Shown one piece after another: positions 8,771 to 17,855 of a stretch of DNA of 34,713 nt. Below the pieces are notes generated by a model, which worked only from the letters and a program-made list of their open reading frames with translations, did not search any database and was not told the DNA's origin. The position numbers and the translations under genes were made by a program. How positions within the stretch are numbered: position 1 is the first letter of the stretch; every line of letters starts with the position of its first letter. Source of the stretch: an uncultured Anaplasmataceae bacterium (GTDB taxonomy: Bacteria > Pseudomonadota > Alphaproteobacteria > Rickettsiales > CAIPFW01); contig CAIPFW010000233.1 in the NCBI GenBank assembly GCA_903864455.1, positions 1 to 34,713 on the forward strand, given 5' to 3'.

Positions 8771-9643
8771 TTGAAAAAAATGAAGTATTTTAATCCAGTT
8801 CATAATTCGATGCGTGGTTTGTGTCTAATTAGTAGAGACTCTTTAGCTAAAGAGCCGTCGGAAAAAGCTCGTGGTTTAATTTTTGGTCGCAAGCGTATTT
8901 CTGCTAGAAATAATGCGGGTAGAATTACTGTGAGGTATAGGGGTGGCGCGCATAAGAAAAAAATGCGTACAGTAGATTTTAAAAGATATAACGCATTGTC
9001 ACACAACGAGGATATCGTAGTGTCAAAAGTTATTTCTTTGGAATACGATCCCAATAGAAGTGCTTTTTTGGCATTATTGGAATCAAAAAGCAGTAAAAAT
9101 GAAAGTGCTGATATTTTTTATAATTATATCATAGCATCAACAAATATGAAAATAGGTGACGAAATCATCTGTTCCAAAGTTGGTGGAGATATGAATATGA
9201 ATGAAGGTAATGCATTTCCTTTGTCGCAAATTAGAATTGGTTTAAAAGTTTACAATATAGAATTGAAGCATGGGTCTGGTGCTGTTGTTGCTAGATCCGC
9301 TGGTTCTTATGCTGAGGTTGTTGGTCGTGATTCTGGTTTTGTATTATTAAAGCTGAGGTCTGGAGAAGTGCGATTAATTCATGAGGATTGTTTTGCAACT
9401 ATAGGTATCGCATCTAATGTTGATCACAAAAATGAAAGTTTAGCGAAAGCCGGAAGAAAAAGATGGATGGGTATTAGACCTCATGTTCGTGGTGTTGCGA
9501 TGAACCCTATAGATCACCCGCATGGTGGTGGCGAAGGTAAGACATCAGGTGGTAGACATCCAGTGACGCCTTGGGGTAAACCGACGAAAGGTAAGAAAAC
9601 TCGTCGTAAAAAATGGAGTGACAAATTAATTAAATCTTTTTAG
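8771..9643 (+). CDS. rplB: 50S ribosomal protein L2
   Basis: RNNAGRIT, EYDPNRSA, ARSAG, RGVAMNPIDHPHGGGEG. Start is TTG 8771 or ATG 8780. Confidence 0.98.
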   Translation: MKKMKYFNPVHNSMRGLCLISRDSLAKEPSEKARGLIFGRKRISARNNAGRITVRYRGGAHKKKMRTVDFKRYNALSHNEDIVVSKVISLEYDPNRSAFLALLESKSSKNESADIFYNYIIASTNMKIGDEIICSKVGGDMNMNEGNAFPLSQIRIGLKVYNIELKHGSGAVVARSAGSYAEVVGRDSGFVLLKLRSGEVRLIHEDCFATIGIASNVDHKNESLAKAGRKRWMGIRPHVRGVAMNPIDHPHGGGEGKTSGGRHPVTPWGKPTKGKKTRRKKWSDKLIKSF

Positions 9644-9661
9644 TGAATTTTTTGGGAAATT

Positions 9662-9949
9662 ATGGCGAGATCTGTTTGGAAAGGACCTTTTGTTGAGAAT
9701 TCTTTGTTTAAATTGTGGGTAAAGCTTGCTCGTGGGGAGAGTGTTCCGAATGAAAGGAAGAAAATTTGGTCTAGGCGAAGCACAATAATACCGCATTTCG
9801 TTGGTAGAACTTTTATGGTTTACAATGGAAGAATTTTTGTTCCTGTGAATGTTACCGAAGCGATGATAGGTTTGAAATTTGGGTCTTTTTCCCCAACAAG
9901 AACTTTTAAAGGTCATGCAGGTGACAAAAAAGTTGTAAAGAAAAAGTAG
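9662..9949 (+). CDS. rpsS: 30S ribosomal protein S19
   Basis: [35 protein letters not shown]. Confidence 0.98.
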   Translation: MARSVWKGPFVENSLFKLWVKLARGESVPNERKKIWSRRSTIIPHFVGRTFMVYNGRIFVPVNVTEAMIGLKFGSFSPTRTFKGHAGDKKVVKKK

Positions 9950-9992
9950 TAAAAATTTAGTGATTGAATTTATTAAATAAGTTGGTAAAATT

Positions 9993-10346
9993 ATGAATGC
10001 TAGTATATCTGTTGTAGCGAAAAATTCTTATATCAGTGTGAGTAGTAAGAAAATGGTTCTTGTTACTAGAATGATTCATGGAATTCCAGTGATGAAAGCG
10101 ATAGATATTTTATCTTTGTCGTACAAGGCGTGCGCTAAAGATATTATTGATTTGTTGAATTCTGCTATAAAAAATGCTATTCATAATTTTGATGTGCATG
10201 ATGTAAACAGTTTATATATCAAGGAGATTAGATTGGGTAGGGCGAAATTTTTAAAAAGATTTCAGCCTAGAGCTCGAGGTAGGAGTAATAGAATTTTGAA
10301 GCATGGGAGTAATCTTGCGATAATTTTAAGTGTTTTAAGTGTTTAA
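9993..10346 (+). CDS. rplV: 50S ribosomal protein L22
   Basis: S.KK..LV...I.G, LLNSA..NA.HN, LKRFQPRARGR. Confidence 0.96.
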   Translation: MNASISVVAKNSYISVSSKKMVLVTRMIHGIPVMKAIDILSLSYKACAKDIIDLLNSAIKNAIHNFDVHDVNSLYIKEIRLGRAKFLKRFQPRARGRSNRILKHGSNLAIILSVLSV

Positions 10347-10357
10347 TTGGTGAATAG

Positions 10358-11014
10358 ATGGGGCAAAAAGTAAATCCTAATGGTTTTAGGTTGCAAGTTA
10401 GAAGAGATTGGTCTTCTTCTTGGTATATTAATGGAAATCTTTATCATTCTTTAGTTGAGCAGGATTTTCTTCTTCGAAAATTAATAAGTTCTTTTTACAA
10501 AAAAAGCAATTGTATTTCTAAAGTTATTATTGAGCGCTCCAATCACTCTAGTAGCGGTAATGCGCCATCTGGAGATGTGGAGATATTCATCTACTCTTCT
10601 AATGTTGGAGCTATTTTGGGTAAAAATAGTAAAGAAATTGAGAGATTGAAGTCTCAAATGAAAAAAATACAAAGCGGATCTAATTTTAAAGTGAATGTAA
10701 TAGAGGTCAAAAGACCGGATACGGATGCCACTTTAATTGCAATGAACATTGCGGCTCAATTAAAAAAAAGAATGAGCTTCAAAAGAGTCGCGAAAAAAGC
10801 TCTTGAAAGTGCTAAGAAATTTGATGACTGCCTAGGGATAAAAATTGCTTGCTCTGGTAGACTCAATGGAGCTGAGATTGCGAAAACTGAAATTTTCAAA
10901 CTTGGGTCTGTGCCATTGCATACTCTAAATGCCGACGTTCATTATGGCGTTGCTGAGTCAAACACAACGTATGGTATTATTGGTATTAAAGTTTGGGTTT
11001 ATCTTAATAATTAA
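10358..11014 (+). CDS. rpsC: 30S ribosomal protein S3
   Basis: MGQKVNPNGFRL, SGRLNGAEIA, VPLHTL, TYGIIGIKVW. Confidence 0.98.
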   Translation: MGQKVNPNGFRLQVRRDWSSSWYINGNLYHSLVEQDFLLRKLISSFYKKSNCISKVIIERSNHSSSGNAPSGDVEIFIYSSNVGAILGKNSKEIERLKSQMKKIQSGSNFKVNVIEVKRPDTDATLIAMNIAAQLKKRMSFKRVAKKALESAKKFDDCLGIKIACSGRLNGAEIAKTEIFKLGSVPLHTLNADVHYGVAESNTTYGIIGIKVWVYLNN

Positions 11015-11029
11015 TTATAGGTTTATAAT

Positions 11030-11476
11030 ATGAATATGTTAACTCCAAAGAAATTAAAATATCGAAAGGCGTTTAAAGGAAGGAATGTTGGCAATGCGAC
11101 TTCCGGCAATGTGTTGTCGTTTGCAAACTATGCGATTCAGGTGCTTGAGAATGTGAATTTGAAATCAAATACACTCGAGGCAGCTTATAAGGTGACAAAT
11201 AAAACTGTAAAAAGCTATAGTAAAATATGGTTTAGGGTGTTCCCTCATAAGCCTGTAACAAAGAAACCTATAGAGGTGCGGATGGGTAAGGGTAAAGGCG
11301 CAGTGGATCATTATGTTGCGTGCCTGAAACCCGGTAACATCATTTTTGAATTTGATTCTCCGAGTTTATCTGAGGCTCAGGTTGTGCTCTCTCAGTGTAT
11401 AGGGAAATTAGGTATTCGTTGTAGGCTCTTGCAACGTAAAGTTGGTGGTGTTTTTTTTAATAACGAGATATTATGA
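11030..11476 (+). CDS. rplP: 50S ribosomal protein L16
   Basis: PKKLKYRK, VFPHKPVTKKPIEVRMGKGKG. Confidence 0.97.
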   Translation: MNMLTPKKLKYRKAFKGRNVGNATSGNVLSFANYAIQVLENVNLKSNTLEAAYKVTNKTVKSYSKIWFRVFPHKPVTKKPIEVRMGKGKGAVDHYVACLKPGNIIFEFDSPSLSEAQVVLSQCIGKLGIRCRLLQRKVGGVFFNNEIL

Positions 11477-11712
11477 AAAAATATAGTAGAAAGCTTGCTG
11501 TAAAAGCTATTTTAGATGGTTTGAATGTTCAGGTTTTTAACGCTAAATTTGAAACTTTTTCATTGAAATGCGCTATGCAAAAAAGCATATTTAACAATGC
11601 TTTGGCGAATGATGGTTTGATTGGATATAAAAGTTCGTTAAAAAATTTCACTGAAGCGAAGAAAAAAAATAAAAAAATTGTAAAAGATGCGTATTTGAAA
11701 GTGGGGTTGTAA
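11473..11712 (+). CDS. rpmC: probable 50S ribosomal protein L29, highly divergent
   Basis: Fills the rplP-rpsQ slot, ATGA overlap with rplP, basic 79 aa. KFETFSLK weakly resembles the L29 K.ELFxLR block. Confidence 0.6.
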   Translation: MKKYSRKLAVKAILDGLNVQVFNAKFETFSLKCAMQKSIFNNALANDGLIGYKSSLKNFTEAKKKNKKIVKDAYLKVGL

Positions 11713-11716
11713 TTTT

Positions 11717-11947
11717 ATGTTGAAGGTTTTATTGGGTGTCGTAAGTAAAGTTATAGACGACAGAACTGTTGTTGTTCTTGTGCAGAGAAAGGCTATACAT
11801 CCTCTTTATAAGAAAGTAATCAAAATAAACAAAAAATATCTTGTTGATAAAGATGCTCATTCATCGATTGCTCTGAATCAGAATGTTTCGATTATTCAAT
11901 CAAGACCGATTTCGAAAAGAAAGAAGTGGAAACTCGTTGCTAATTAA
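11717..11947 (+). CDS. rpsQ: 30S ribosomal protein S17
   Basis: GVVS...TVVV, HPLYKK, SRPISKRKKW. Confidence 0.96.
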   Translation: MLKVLLGVVSKVIDDRTVVVLVQRKAIHPLYKKVIKINKKYLVDKDAHSSIALNQNVSIIQSRPISKRKKWKLVAN

Positions 11948-11958
11948 TTTGGTGTTAT

Positions 11959-12330
11959 ATGATTCAAGAAGGTTCGTTTTTAGAAGTTGCTGACAATTCT
12001 GGAGTGCGTTTAGTAAAATGCATTAAAGTTTTAGGTGGTTCTGGTAAAAGATTTGCGCAATACGGCGATTTGATTGTTGTTTCTGCGAGAAAAATTATAC
12101 CAAAAGCTTCGTCATCAATAAAAAAAGGTGATGTATCGTTAGCTGTTTTAGTTAGATCGAAGTTTCCATTCAAAAGAAAGGATGGGTCAGTTGTCGTTTT
12201 TAACGAAAATGCCGTTGTCCTTTTGGATAAGCAGTATAAAATGGTGGGTACCCGTGTTTTTGGTGTTGTTGCTAGGGAATTAAGAAAAGATTTTGCTAGA
12301 ATTACAACTTTAGTTAAAGAAGTTATTTAA
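11959..12330 (+). CDS. rplN: 50S ribosomal protein L14
   Basis: MIQ...L.VADNSG, CIKVLGG, FNENAVVL, GTRVFG.VARELR. Confidence 0.98.
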   Translation: MIQEGSFLEVADNSGVRLVKCIKVLGGSGKRFAQYGDLIVVSARKIIPKASSSIKKGDVSLAVLVRSKFPFKRKDGSVVVFNENAVVLLDKQYKMVGTRVFGVVARELRKDFARITTLVKEVI

Positions 12331-12341
12331 GAGGCGTGAAG

Positions 12342-12578
12342 ATGACTGTTTTTTGCCATGTAAAAAAGGGTGATAAAGTAATTATAAATTCCGGTAAGTT
12401 TAAAAAAACTATAGGAAATATCACCGTTGTTTCTAGAGTTAGCGAGAATAGATTTGTCGTTGCGATAGATTCTATTCCAAAGACTAGTAGAAAAAAAAAA
12501 GGATCTGAGGATGTCGTGCAAAAAGATGTTTTTATTGATTCATCTAATGTTTTATTGTTGCAAACTGGAAGTAATTAA
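12342..12578 (+). CDS. rplX: 50S ribosomal protein L24, C-terminally shortened (78 aa)
   Basis: KOW motif VKKGDKVIINSGK.K...G, IDSSNVLL. ATG 12342 has GAGG 7 nt upstream. Confidence 0.88.
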   Translation: MTVFCHVKKGDKVIINSGKFKKTIGNITVVSRVSENRFVVAIDSIPKTSRKKKGSEDVVQKDVFIDSSNVLLLQTGSN

Positions 12579-12593
12579 TGTATAAATAGTTTT

Positions 12594-13199
12594 ATGAATC
12601 TTGATTTAAAAAAAATAGATAGAAATGTTTTCGAGCTATACCAAAAAGCTGCAAGTGATGGTGCAAAATCTGTTATGTTTGATGTTTACAACAAGCATAT
12701 AGTTGATGAATTTACAACAATCGCTGATTGTAAAAACAAATTCGCTGTGCCGAAGTTGTTGAAAGTCAATGTCAATGTAGGTTTTGGCGCTGAAAACAAA
12801 AAAGATGTTGACTATATTAGTAATTGCCTTCAATCAATTACAGGTCAATTGCCAAAATTGAATAAGGCTCGAAAATCTGTCTCTAATTTCAAAATTAGAG
12901 AGGGTGACCCAATAGGTATGATGGTTACTATGAGATCGTATAGAATGTATTACTTTTTAGAAAAGTTGCTTTTTATCAATATGTCTAGAGTGCCAAATTT
13001 TATGGGTTTTTCTGGGAAAAGCTTCGACGGTAATGGGAATTTTTCTTTTGGCTTTCCAAAGCATTCTATTTTTTCTGAAGAGATTAGGAATTCAAGGATT
13101 GATTTTGATTTTGGTATGGATATTACAATAGTGACTTCGGCTAAAAATGATGCTGATGCAAAATTGTTATTATCTTTACTTGGTTTCGTTTTTATATAG
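12594..13199 (+). CDS. rplE: 50S ribosomal protein L5 (N-terminally extended)
   Basis: VPKL.KVNVNVG.G, ITGQ.P, ARKSVSNFKIREG, FDGNGN, GMDITIVTSA. Confidence 0.97.
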   Translation: MNLDLKKIDRNVFELYQKAASDGAKSVMFDVYNKHIVDEFTTIADCKNKFAVPKLLKVNVNVGFGAENKKDVDYISNCLQSITGQLPKLNKARKSVSNFKIREGDPIGMMVTMRSYRMYYFLEKLLFINMSRVPNFMGFSGKSFDGNGNFSFGFPKHSIFSEEIRNSRIDFDFGMDITIVTSAKNDADAKLLLSLLGFVFI

Positions 13200-13205
13200 A
13201 GAATT

Positions 13206-13511
13206 ATGGCAAAAAAAAGTGTTGTTGCGCGCAATAAAAAGCGCATTTTGTTAAACAAAAAATTTGACGAAAGAAGAAAAGCTTTGAAGGAGGCTATTAT
13301 GAATAAAAAAACTTCTGTGAGCGAGAGGATAAAATTATCTGCCAAATTATCTAATTTGCCTAGAAACTCTTCTAAAACGAGAATTCGTAACAGATGTTTT
13401 ATCACTGGAAGAGCTAGGGGGTATTATGGGTATTTTGGTTTGTCCCGTATTATGTTAAGAACGATGGCGTCATTTGGTTTATTGCCAGGCGTTAGAAAAA
13501 AATCTTTATAA
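13206..13511 (+). CDS. rpsN: 30S ribosomal protein S14 (long, non-Zn-ribbon type)
   Basis: MAKKS, LPRNSS.TR.RNRC.ITGR.RG, G.LPGV.K.S; 101 aa. Confidence 0.98.
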   Translation: MAKKSVVARNKKRILLNKKFDERRKALKEAIMNKKTSVSERIKLSAKLSNLPRNSSKTRIRNRCFITGRARGYYGYFGLSRIMLRTMASFGLLPGVRKKSL

Positions 13512-13522
13512 TTGGTTGAATT

Positions 13523-13921
13523 ATGTCTCGTAATTTTTTATTAGCTGATTTTATTGCTCATATTAAGAATTCAATATCGGCAAGGTTGAGGTTTGCATCT
13601 TTTTTTTATTCATCTTTAATTGAGAATGTTTGCCTGATTCTGAAGGAAGATGGTTATATAAGTGATTATTCTGTTGTTTACGATGATTTAGGTAGAAAAA
13701 ACATTAGAGTTGTTTTATCATATCACAAAGGCGTTTCTGTAATACAGAATTTCTTTGTTGTGAGTAAGCCAAGTAGAAGGTCTTATATGAAATTTAAGAA
13801 CTTAAAACCATATAAAAATGGAATGGGTTTAACAATTTTATCAACCTCAATTGGCGTGATTTCTTATAAAAAGGCTTCGGAAGAAAGAGTGGGTGGTGAA
13901 GTTTTATGTTGTATTTTTTGA
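13523..13921 (+). CDS. rpsH: 30S ribosomal protein S8
   Basis: LADF...IKN, ILKEDGYI, SKPSRR.Y, ILSTSIGV, VGGEVLC. Confidence 0.97.
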   Translation: MSRNFLLADFIAHIKNSISARLRFASFFYSSLIENVCLILKEDGYISDYSVVYDDLGRKNIRVVLSYHKGVSVIQNFFVVSKPSRRSYMKFKNLKPYKNGMGLTILSTSIGVISYKKASEERVGGEVLCCIF

Positions 13922-13928
13922 GTATTGT

Positions 13929-14495
13929 ATGTTTTCTAGAATAGGATCTTCTTCTATTTCAATAGATAAATATAAAGTTGATTTAGTGGAGAATAAGTTG
14001 AATATAGGGTATAAAAATGCATCCTATAGCTATGAGTTTGATAAAAATTTAATTTGTGAAGTGTCTGAAGACAAATCTTCATTAAAATTTTTACCAAATA
14101 TTGAGAGAATTCGAAATAAAGCGATAGAAAGAAAAGTTAAGAAAATTGCTGGGTTTCATGTGCGTGACTTGCAAAATTTGCTTTCTGGTATTGTGACGCC
14201 ATTTAAAATGACTCTTGATATAGTGGGGACGGGGTACAAAGTTGTTCATAACAAAGTTGCGAATTTTTTGAATTTTAGTCTTGGCTTTAGTCATAATATC
14301 GTTGTAGTGATTCCGAAAGACGTCGTTGTAGAGATAGTGCAAAATAAGATTAATCTAACATCTTCTTCAAAAATGATTCTTGGTGGTTTTGCAAGTTACT
14401 TGTCTATGTCGTTGAGAAAATTCGATAAATTCAAAGGAAAAGGCGTGATTATTTCTGGTAAATACATGCAAAGAAAAGAGTTGAAGAAAAAATAA
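13929..14495 (+). CDS. rplF: 50S ribosomal protein L6
   Basis: SRIG at N-terminus (ATG 13929), GTGYK, LGFSH, KGKGV, RKE.KKK. Confidence 0.93.
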   Translation: MFSRIGSSSISIDKYKVDLVENKLNIGYKNASYSYEFDKNLICEVSEDKSSLKFLPNIERIRNKAIERKVKKIAGFHVRDLQNLLSGIVTPFKMTLDIVGTGYKVVHNKVANFLNFSLGFSHNIVVVIPKDVVVEIVQNKINLTSSSKMILGGFASYLSMSLRKFDKFKGKGVIISGKYMQRKELKKK

Positions 14496-14509
14496 TTGAG
14501 GTGATTGGT

Positions 14510-14842
14510 ATGAATAAAAGACGTTTTAGAATTTTTGTGCACAAAACTTCACAGCATTTTTATGCTCAGTTGATTGATAAAGATGGATCTGTGAAGGTTG
14601 CTTATTCGACTTTATCTTTGAAAAATAGTATAAAAAAAGATGGTAGTAAGTCTAATGTGAATTTCGTGAATAGTAAATTTATAAAAGAAGTTGCTGTTAA
14701 TTTTGCTAACTCAGTAAAGACTGTTGTTGTTGATGCAGTTCCGGCTGATTCCATGAGTTTTTTCGACCGTGGCAAAAAAAAGTATTGCGGGTTGGTGAAA
14801 TTATTCGCTGATTCTTTGAGAGAAAATGGAATTTTGATTTAA
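14510..14842 (+). CDS. rplR: 50S ribosomal protein L18 (lacks basic N-terminal arm)
   Basis: R..V.KT.QHFYAQLID, FDRG...Y.G.VK.FAD..RENG. ATG 14510 follows GAGGTG. Confidence 0.92.
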   Translation: MNKRRFRIFVHKTSQHFYAQLIDKDGSVKVAYSTLSLKNSIKKDGSKSNVNFVNSKFIKEVAVNFANSVKTVVVDAVPADSMSFFDRGKKKYCGLVKLFADSLRENGILI

Positions 14843-14853
14843 TAGGTTTGTTG

Positions 14854-15399
14854 ATGTTGAATAAAACTGAAGAAAATTTTGTTTCTTTTGTAGCGCAAGT
14901 TCGAAGAAATGATAAAGTTGTAAAAGGTGGTAAGAATTGTTCTTATTCCGTTCTGGTAATATGCGGTGATCAAAAGGGGCGTTGGGCTATAGGTTTTGGA
15001 AAGCACAAGGAAGTTTTGCTTTCAAAGCAAAAGGCTATACGATCCGCAAAAAATACTATGATGAGAGTGAATTTAAAAGAATCTCGCACTATACATCATG
15101 ATGTAATGGCTTCTCACGGTGCAACAACTGTATATATTAGGTCTGCTGATAAGGGGACGGGTATTGTAGCTGGTGGTGCGATGAGGCTTGTTTTTGAGGC
15201 TTTGGGTGTGAAAGACGTTGTTGCGAAATGCGTTGGTTCATCTTGCCCGCATAATTTAGTAATTGCGACGATGAAAGCGTTAAAACTCTTGCGCACACCA
15301 AAATTAATTGCTATTATGCGTAACAAACCAGTAGACGAGATAGTCCGCAGTGGGAAGATTTTTTCGAAGAAGTCTACTAAAGAAAGTGAAAAAAATTAG
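14854..15399 (+). CDS. rpsE: 30S ribosomal protein S5
   Basis: KVVKGGK, GD..G, GTGIVAGG.MR.V.EALGVKDV, GS..P.N. Confidence 0.97.
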   Translation: MLNKTEENFVSFVAQVRRNDKVVKGGKNCSYSVLVICGDQKGRWAIGFGKHKEVLLSKQKAIRSAKNTMMRVNLKESRTIHHDVMASHGATTVYIRSADKGTGIVAGGAMRLVFEALGVKDVVAKCVGSSCPHNLVIATMKALKLLRTPKLIAIMRNKPVDEIVRSGKIFSKKSTKESEKN

Positions 15400-15416
15400 T
15401 TTTTTGTGTATTTTAT

Positions 15417-15897
15417 ATGAATTTTAGTAAACCGATTACGAGTGGATTTGACGGTTCTGGTAGTGAATTTAGAAAGTTAAATAAGAAAAAAAAAAAGAGT
15501 CGGTCGTGGTACTGGTTCGGGTATGGGGAAAACTTCTGCTCGTGGTTCGAATGGTCAAAAAGCTAGATCTGGTTGTGCTTTGCGCAATTTTGAAGGCGGC
15601 CAAAAAACAATCACTTCGTTACCTAGAAGAGGTTTCAATTCGATTAAAAAAGAAAGCGATAAATATAATATCGTTCACATCGGTAGAATAGTTGAAATGA
15701 TAGATGAATCTATTATTGATAAAAACGAGGTGATTGATAAAAATGTTTTGCTAAAGACAGGTGTTGTGAAGACTCTGAAGAGAAAAATTAAATTACTTTT
15801 CGATGTTGAGTCGAGCGTTGCTTTTAATATAAAAGTTGATTCGTATTCAAAAAACGCACTTGAGGCTGTAAAAAAAGCCGGTGGCTCTTGCTTGTAA
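15417..15897 (+). CDS. rplO: 50S ribosomal protein L15, frameshifted at an A11 run (15486-15496)
   Basis: ATG 15417 frame reads MNFSKPITSGFDGSGSEFRKLNKKKK. The L15 core RVGRGTGSGMGKTSARGSNGQKARSG..FEGGQ..LPRRGF is in the +1 frame, which has TAA at 15478. Removing one A gives a continuous 159 aa protein. Confidence 0.9.
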
Positions 15898-15921
15898 ATT
15901 AACTTATATAAAATATTCATC

Positions 15922-17175
15922 ATGACTGCACAAATGTTAAATAGAAATTTTATTTTTAAGATTTTTTTAGCATTTCTATTTTTGTTCATATTTCGTATTG
16001 GCGTTTATTTGCCATCTCCGATTGTGAATGCTGAATATTTTTTATCTAAGTTGACTACTTTCAGTCAAGGGCTGTTTGTAGGCACGATTAGCACTATCTC
16101 TTCGGGTGTTTTTGGTAGTTTCTCGATTTTATCGCTTGGTGTAATGCCATATATTTTGTCGTCTATTATGACTCAAATTATAAGTTATATTTATCAAGAT
16201 AGTAAATCGAACAATTCCAAAGACGCTGCGTTTTACGCAAAAATTAGCAGGATTTTTACTTTAGTTTTTGCGTTAATTCAGTCTACGATACTTCTTTTTA
16301 CAATGAAAAACACGTGTGATGTTTTTTACTGCAACGCAATGAGTAGGGAGATGATTTACTTTATTGCCCTGATTTCGGTAGTCGCTGGTTCGATGATTTC
16401 CGTGTGGATTGGTGAAGCTATAACTGAATATTGCGTAGGAAATGGAATATCAATGATAATATTTACCAATATCGGTTTTGATTTTGTTTCTGGGTTAATC
16501 AAGGTATTCACATCAACTGATGCCGGCTTCTCGAATTTGTTTTTAGCGTTATTTTTAATATTCGGAGTGATATGCGTAATAGTGCTTTGTGAGAAATCTG
16601 TCAGGTTAGTTGACGTTCAGTATTCGTCTTCATCAAAAAAAAATAATGATAATTTGTTGTCATTTATACCGATGAAATTGAATTTCGCTGGCGTTATGCC
16701 GATGATTTTCACTGCTACAATTATTGGATTTTTTATGTCGTCATTAAATTTAGCGATTGGTGTATTCGGAGGTATGTTTGACGATTTTATTTTATTTGCG
16801 TTGAGGAGTAAAGTTTTTTACTATTGTATTTATTTTACTTTTATATTATTATTTGCTTTAATATACAATAACGTAAGTTTCAACGTGGAAAAAGTCTCGG
16901 ATTCGTTAAGAAAAACATCTGGCGTCATACCAAATGTAAAGCCTGGATTAATGACGATTCAGTATTTTTCTGTTTTGTTGCGTAAATTGACGGTTATTGG
17001 CGTATTTTATTTGTTTTTAGTGTCTGTGTTTGTTGATTATTTTAAAGTTATCTTGAATATCGATAGTTTTATTGGTGGTACGAGTTATTTAATTATTACG
17101 GTGATCGCTTTAGAGTTAATAAATAAATATCAGGTTGAGATTTTGAACGCGAGATACAGCGAATATGTTTTATAG
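15922..17175 (+). CDS. secY: preprotein translocase subunit SecY (divergent)
   Basis: About 10 TM segments, FSILSLGVMPYI, WIGE.ITE..VGNGISMIIF, P.KLN.AGVMP.IF, IPNVKPG, GGTS.LI. Confidence 0.96.
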   Translation: MTAQMLNRNFIFKIFLAFLFLFIFRIGVYLPSPIVNAEYFLSKLTTFSQGLFVGTISTISSGVFGSFSILSLGVMPYILSSIMTQIISYIYQDSKSNNSKDAAFYAKISRIFTLVFALIQSTILLFTMKNTCDVFYCNAMSREMIYFIALISVVAGSMISVWIGEAITEYCVGNGISMIIFTNIGFDFVSGLIKVFTSTDAGFSNLFLALFLIFGVICVIVLCEKSVRLVDVQYSSSSKKNNDNLLSFIPMKLNFAGVMPMIFTATIIGFFMSSLNLAIGVFGGMFDDFILFALRSKVFYYCIYFTFILLFALIYNNVSFNVEKVSDSLRKTSGVIPNVKPGLMTIQYFSVLLRKLTVIGVFYLFLVSVFVDYFKVILNIDSFIGGTSYLIITVIALELINKYQVEILNARYSEYVL

Positions 17176-17188
17176 TTTATAAGAGTTT

Positions 17189-17836
17189 ATGGAATTCATT
17201 GTATTTTTAGGAATGCCTGGGACGGGAAAAGGAACGCAATGCTCTTTATTGAAGGAGCGTGATGGCGTGCTTTCTTTGTCTCCAGGTGAAATCATCAGAG
17301 CGAAGTTATCTCAAGATAAGGAGATTGCTGATTCCGTAAATAGAGGTGAGTTACTCTCTGATGATTTCATAATGAATCTTGTGAGTGAAAATCTAAATGT
17401 TTTGACAAAGAGTAATGATAGCGGAGTTTTGATTTTTGATGGAATACCGAGAACGATAGGGCAGGCGAAAATATTAAATGATTTGCTTGAAACTCAGTTT
17501 AATAGTTCGCCATCATTGGTTGTATGTTTCACTGTAAAAAAGCGTTTAATTATTAATAGGCTTAATAACAGGGTGATTTGTAGCTCTTGTAACGCACCGG
17601 GACAACTATCAAAAAATTTTGTGTGTAGCGTTTGCGGTGGAAAAAGTTATACAAAGCGTCTCGACGATGATAGCGCAGTAATCAGAAAAAGATTATTTAA
17701 TAACAGGAAAAATACGAATGAGATTTATGATTTTTATAGATTGAATGGAGCGAAATGTGTAAAATTAGATGCTGATTCCAATATTGATTCTGTTTATAAG
17801 AAGTTGAAAAGGGTGGTTTTATCCACTAAAATATAG
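17189..17836 (+). CDS. adk: adenylate kinase with CxxC...CxxC (Zn-type) LID
   Basis: GMPGTGKGTQ, FDGIPRT, CSSC and CSVC, R.DD...RL. Confidence 0.96.
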   Translation: MEFIVFLGMPGTGKGTQCSLLKERDGVLSLSPGEIIRAKLSQDKEIADSVNRGELLSDDFIMNLVSENLNVLTKSNDSGVLIFDGIPRTIGQAKILNDLLETQFNSSPSLVVCFTVKKRLIINRLNNRVICSSCNAPGQLSKNFVCSVCGGKSYTKRLDDDSAVIRKRLFNNRKNTNEIYDFYRLNGAKCVKLDADSNIDSVYKKLKRVVLSTKI

Positions 17837-17855
17837 TTTTATAGGTTAAGTTTAT

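Noticed and set aside
15506..15691. 61 aa ORF as the missing rpmD
   Set aside because: It is an alternate frame over rplO with no L30 motifs.
15523..15897. rplO starting at ATG 15523
   Set aside because: This start cuts the conserved RVGRGxGSG motif encoded in frame upstream.
17176..17855. Absence of map, infA and rpmJ around adk
   Set aside because: secY-adk-rpsM is the usual alphaproteobacterial order.
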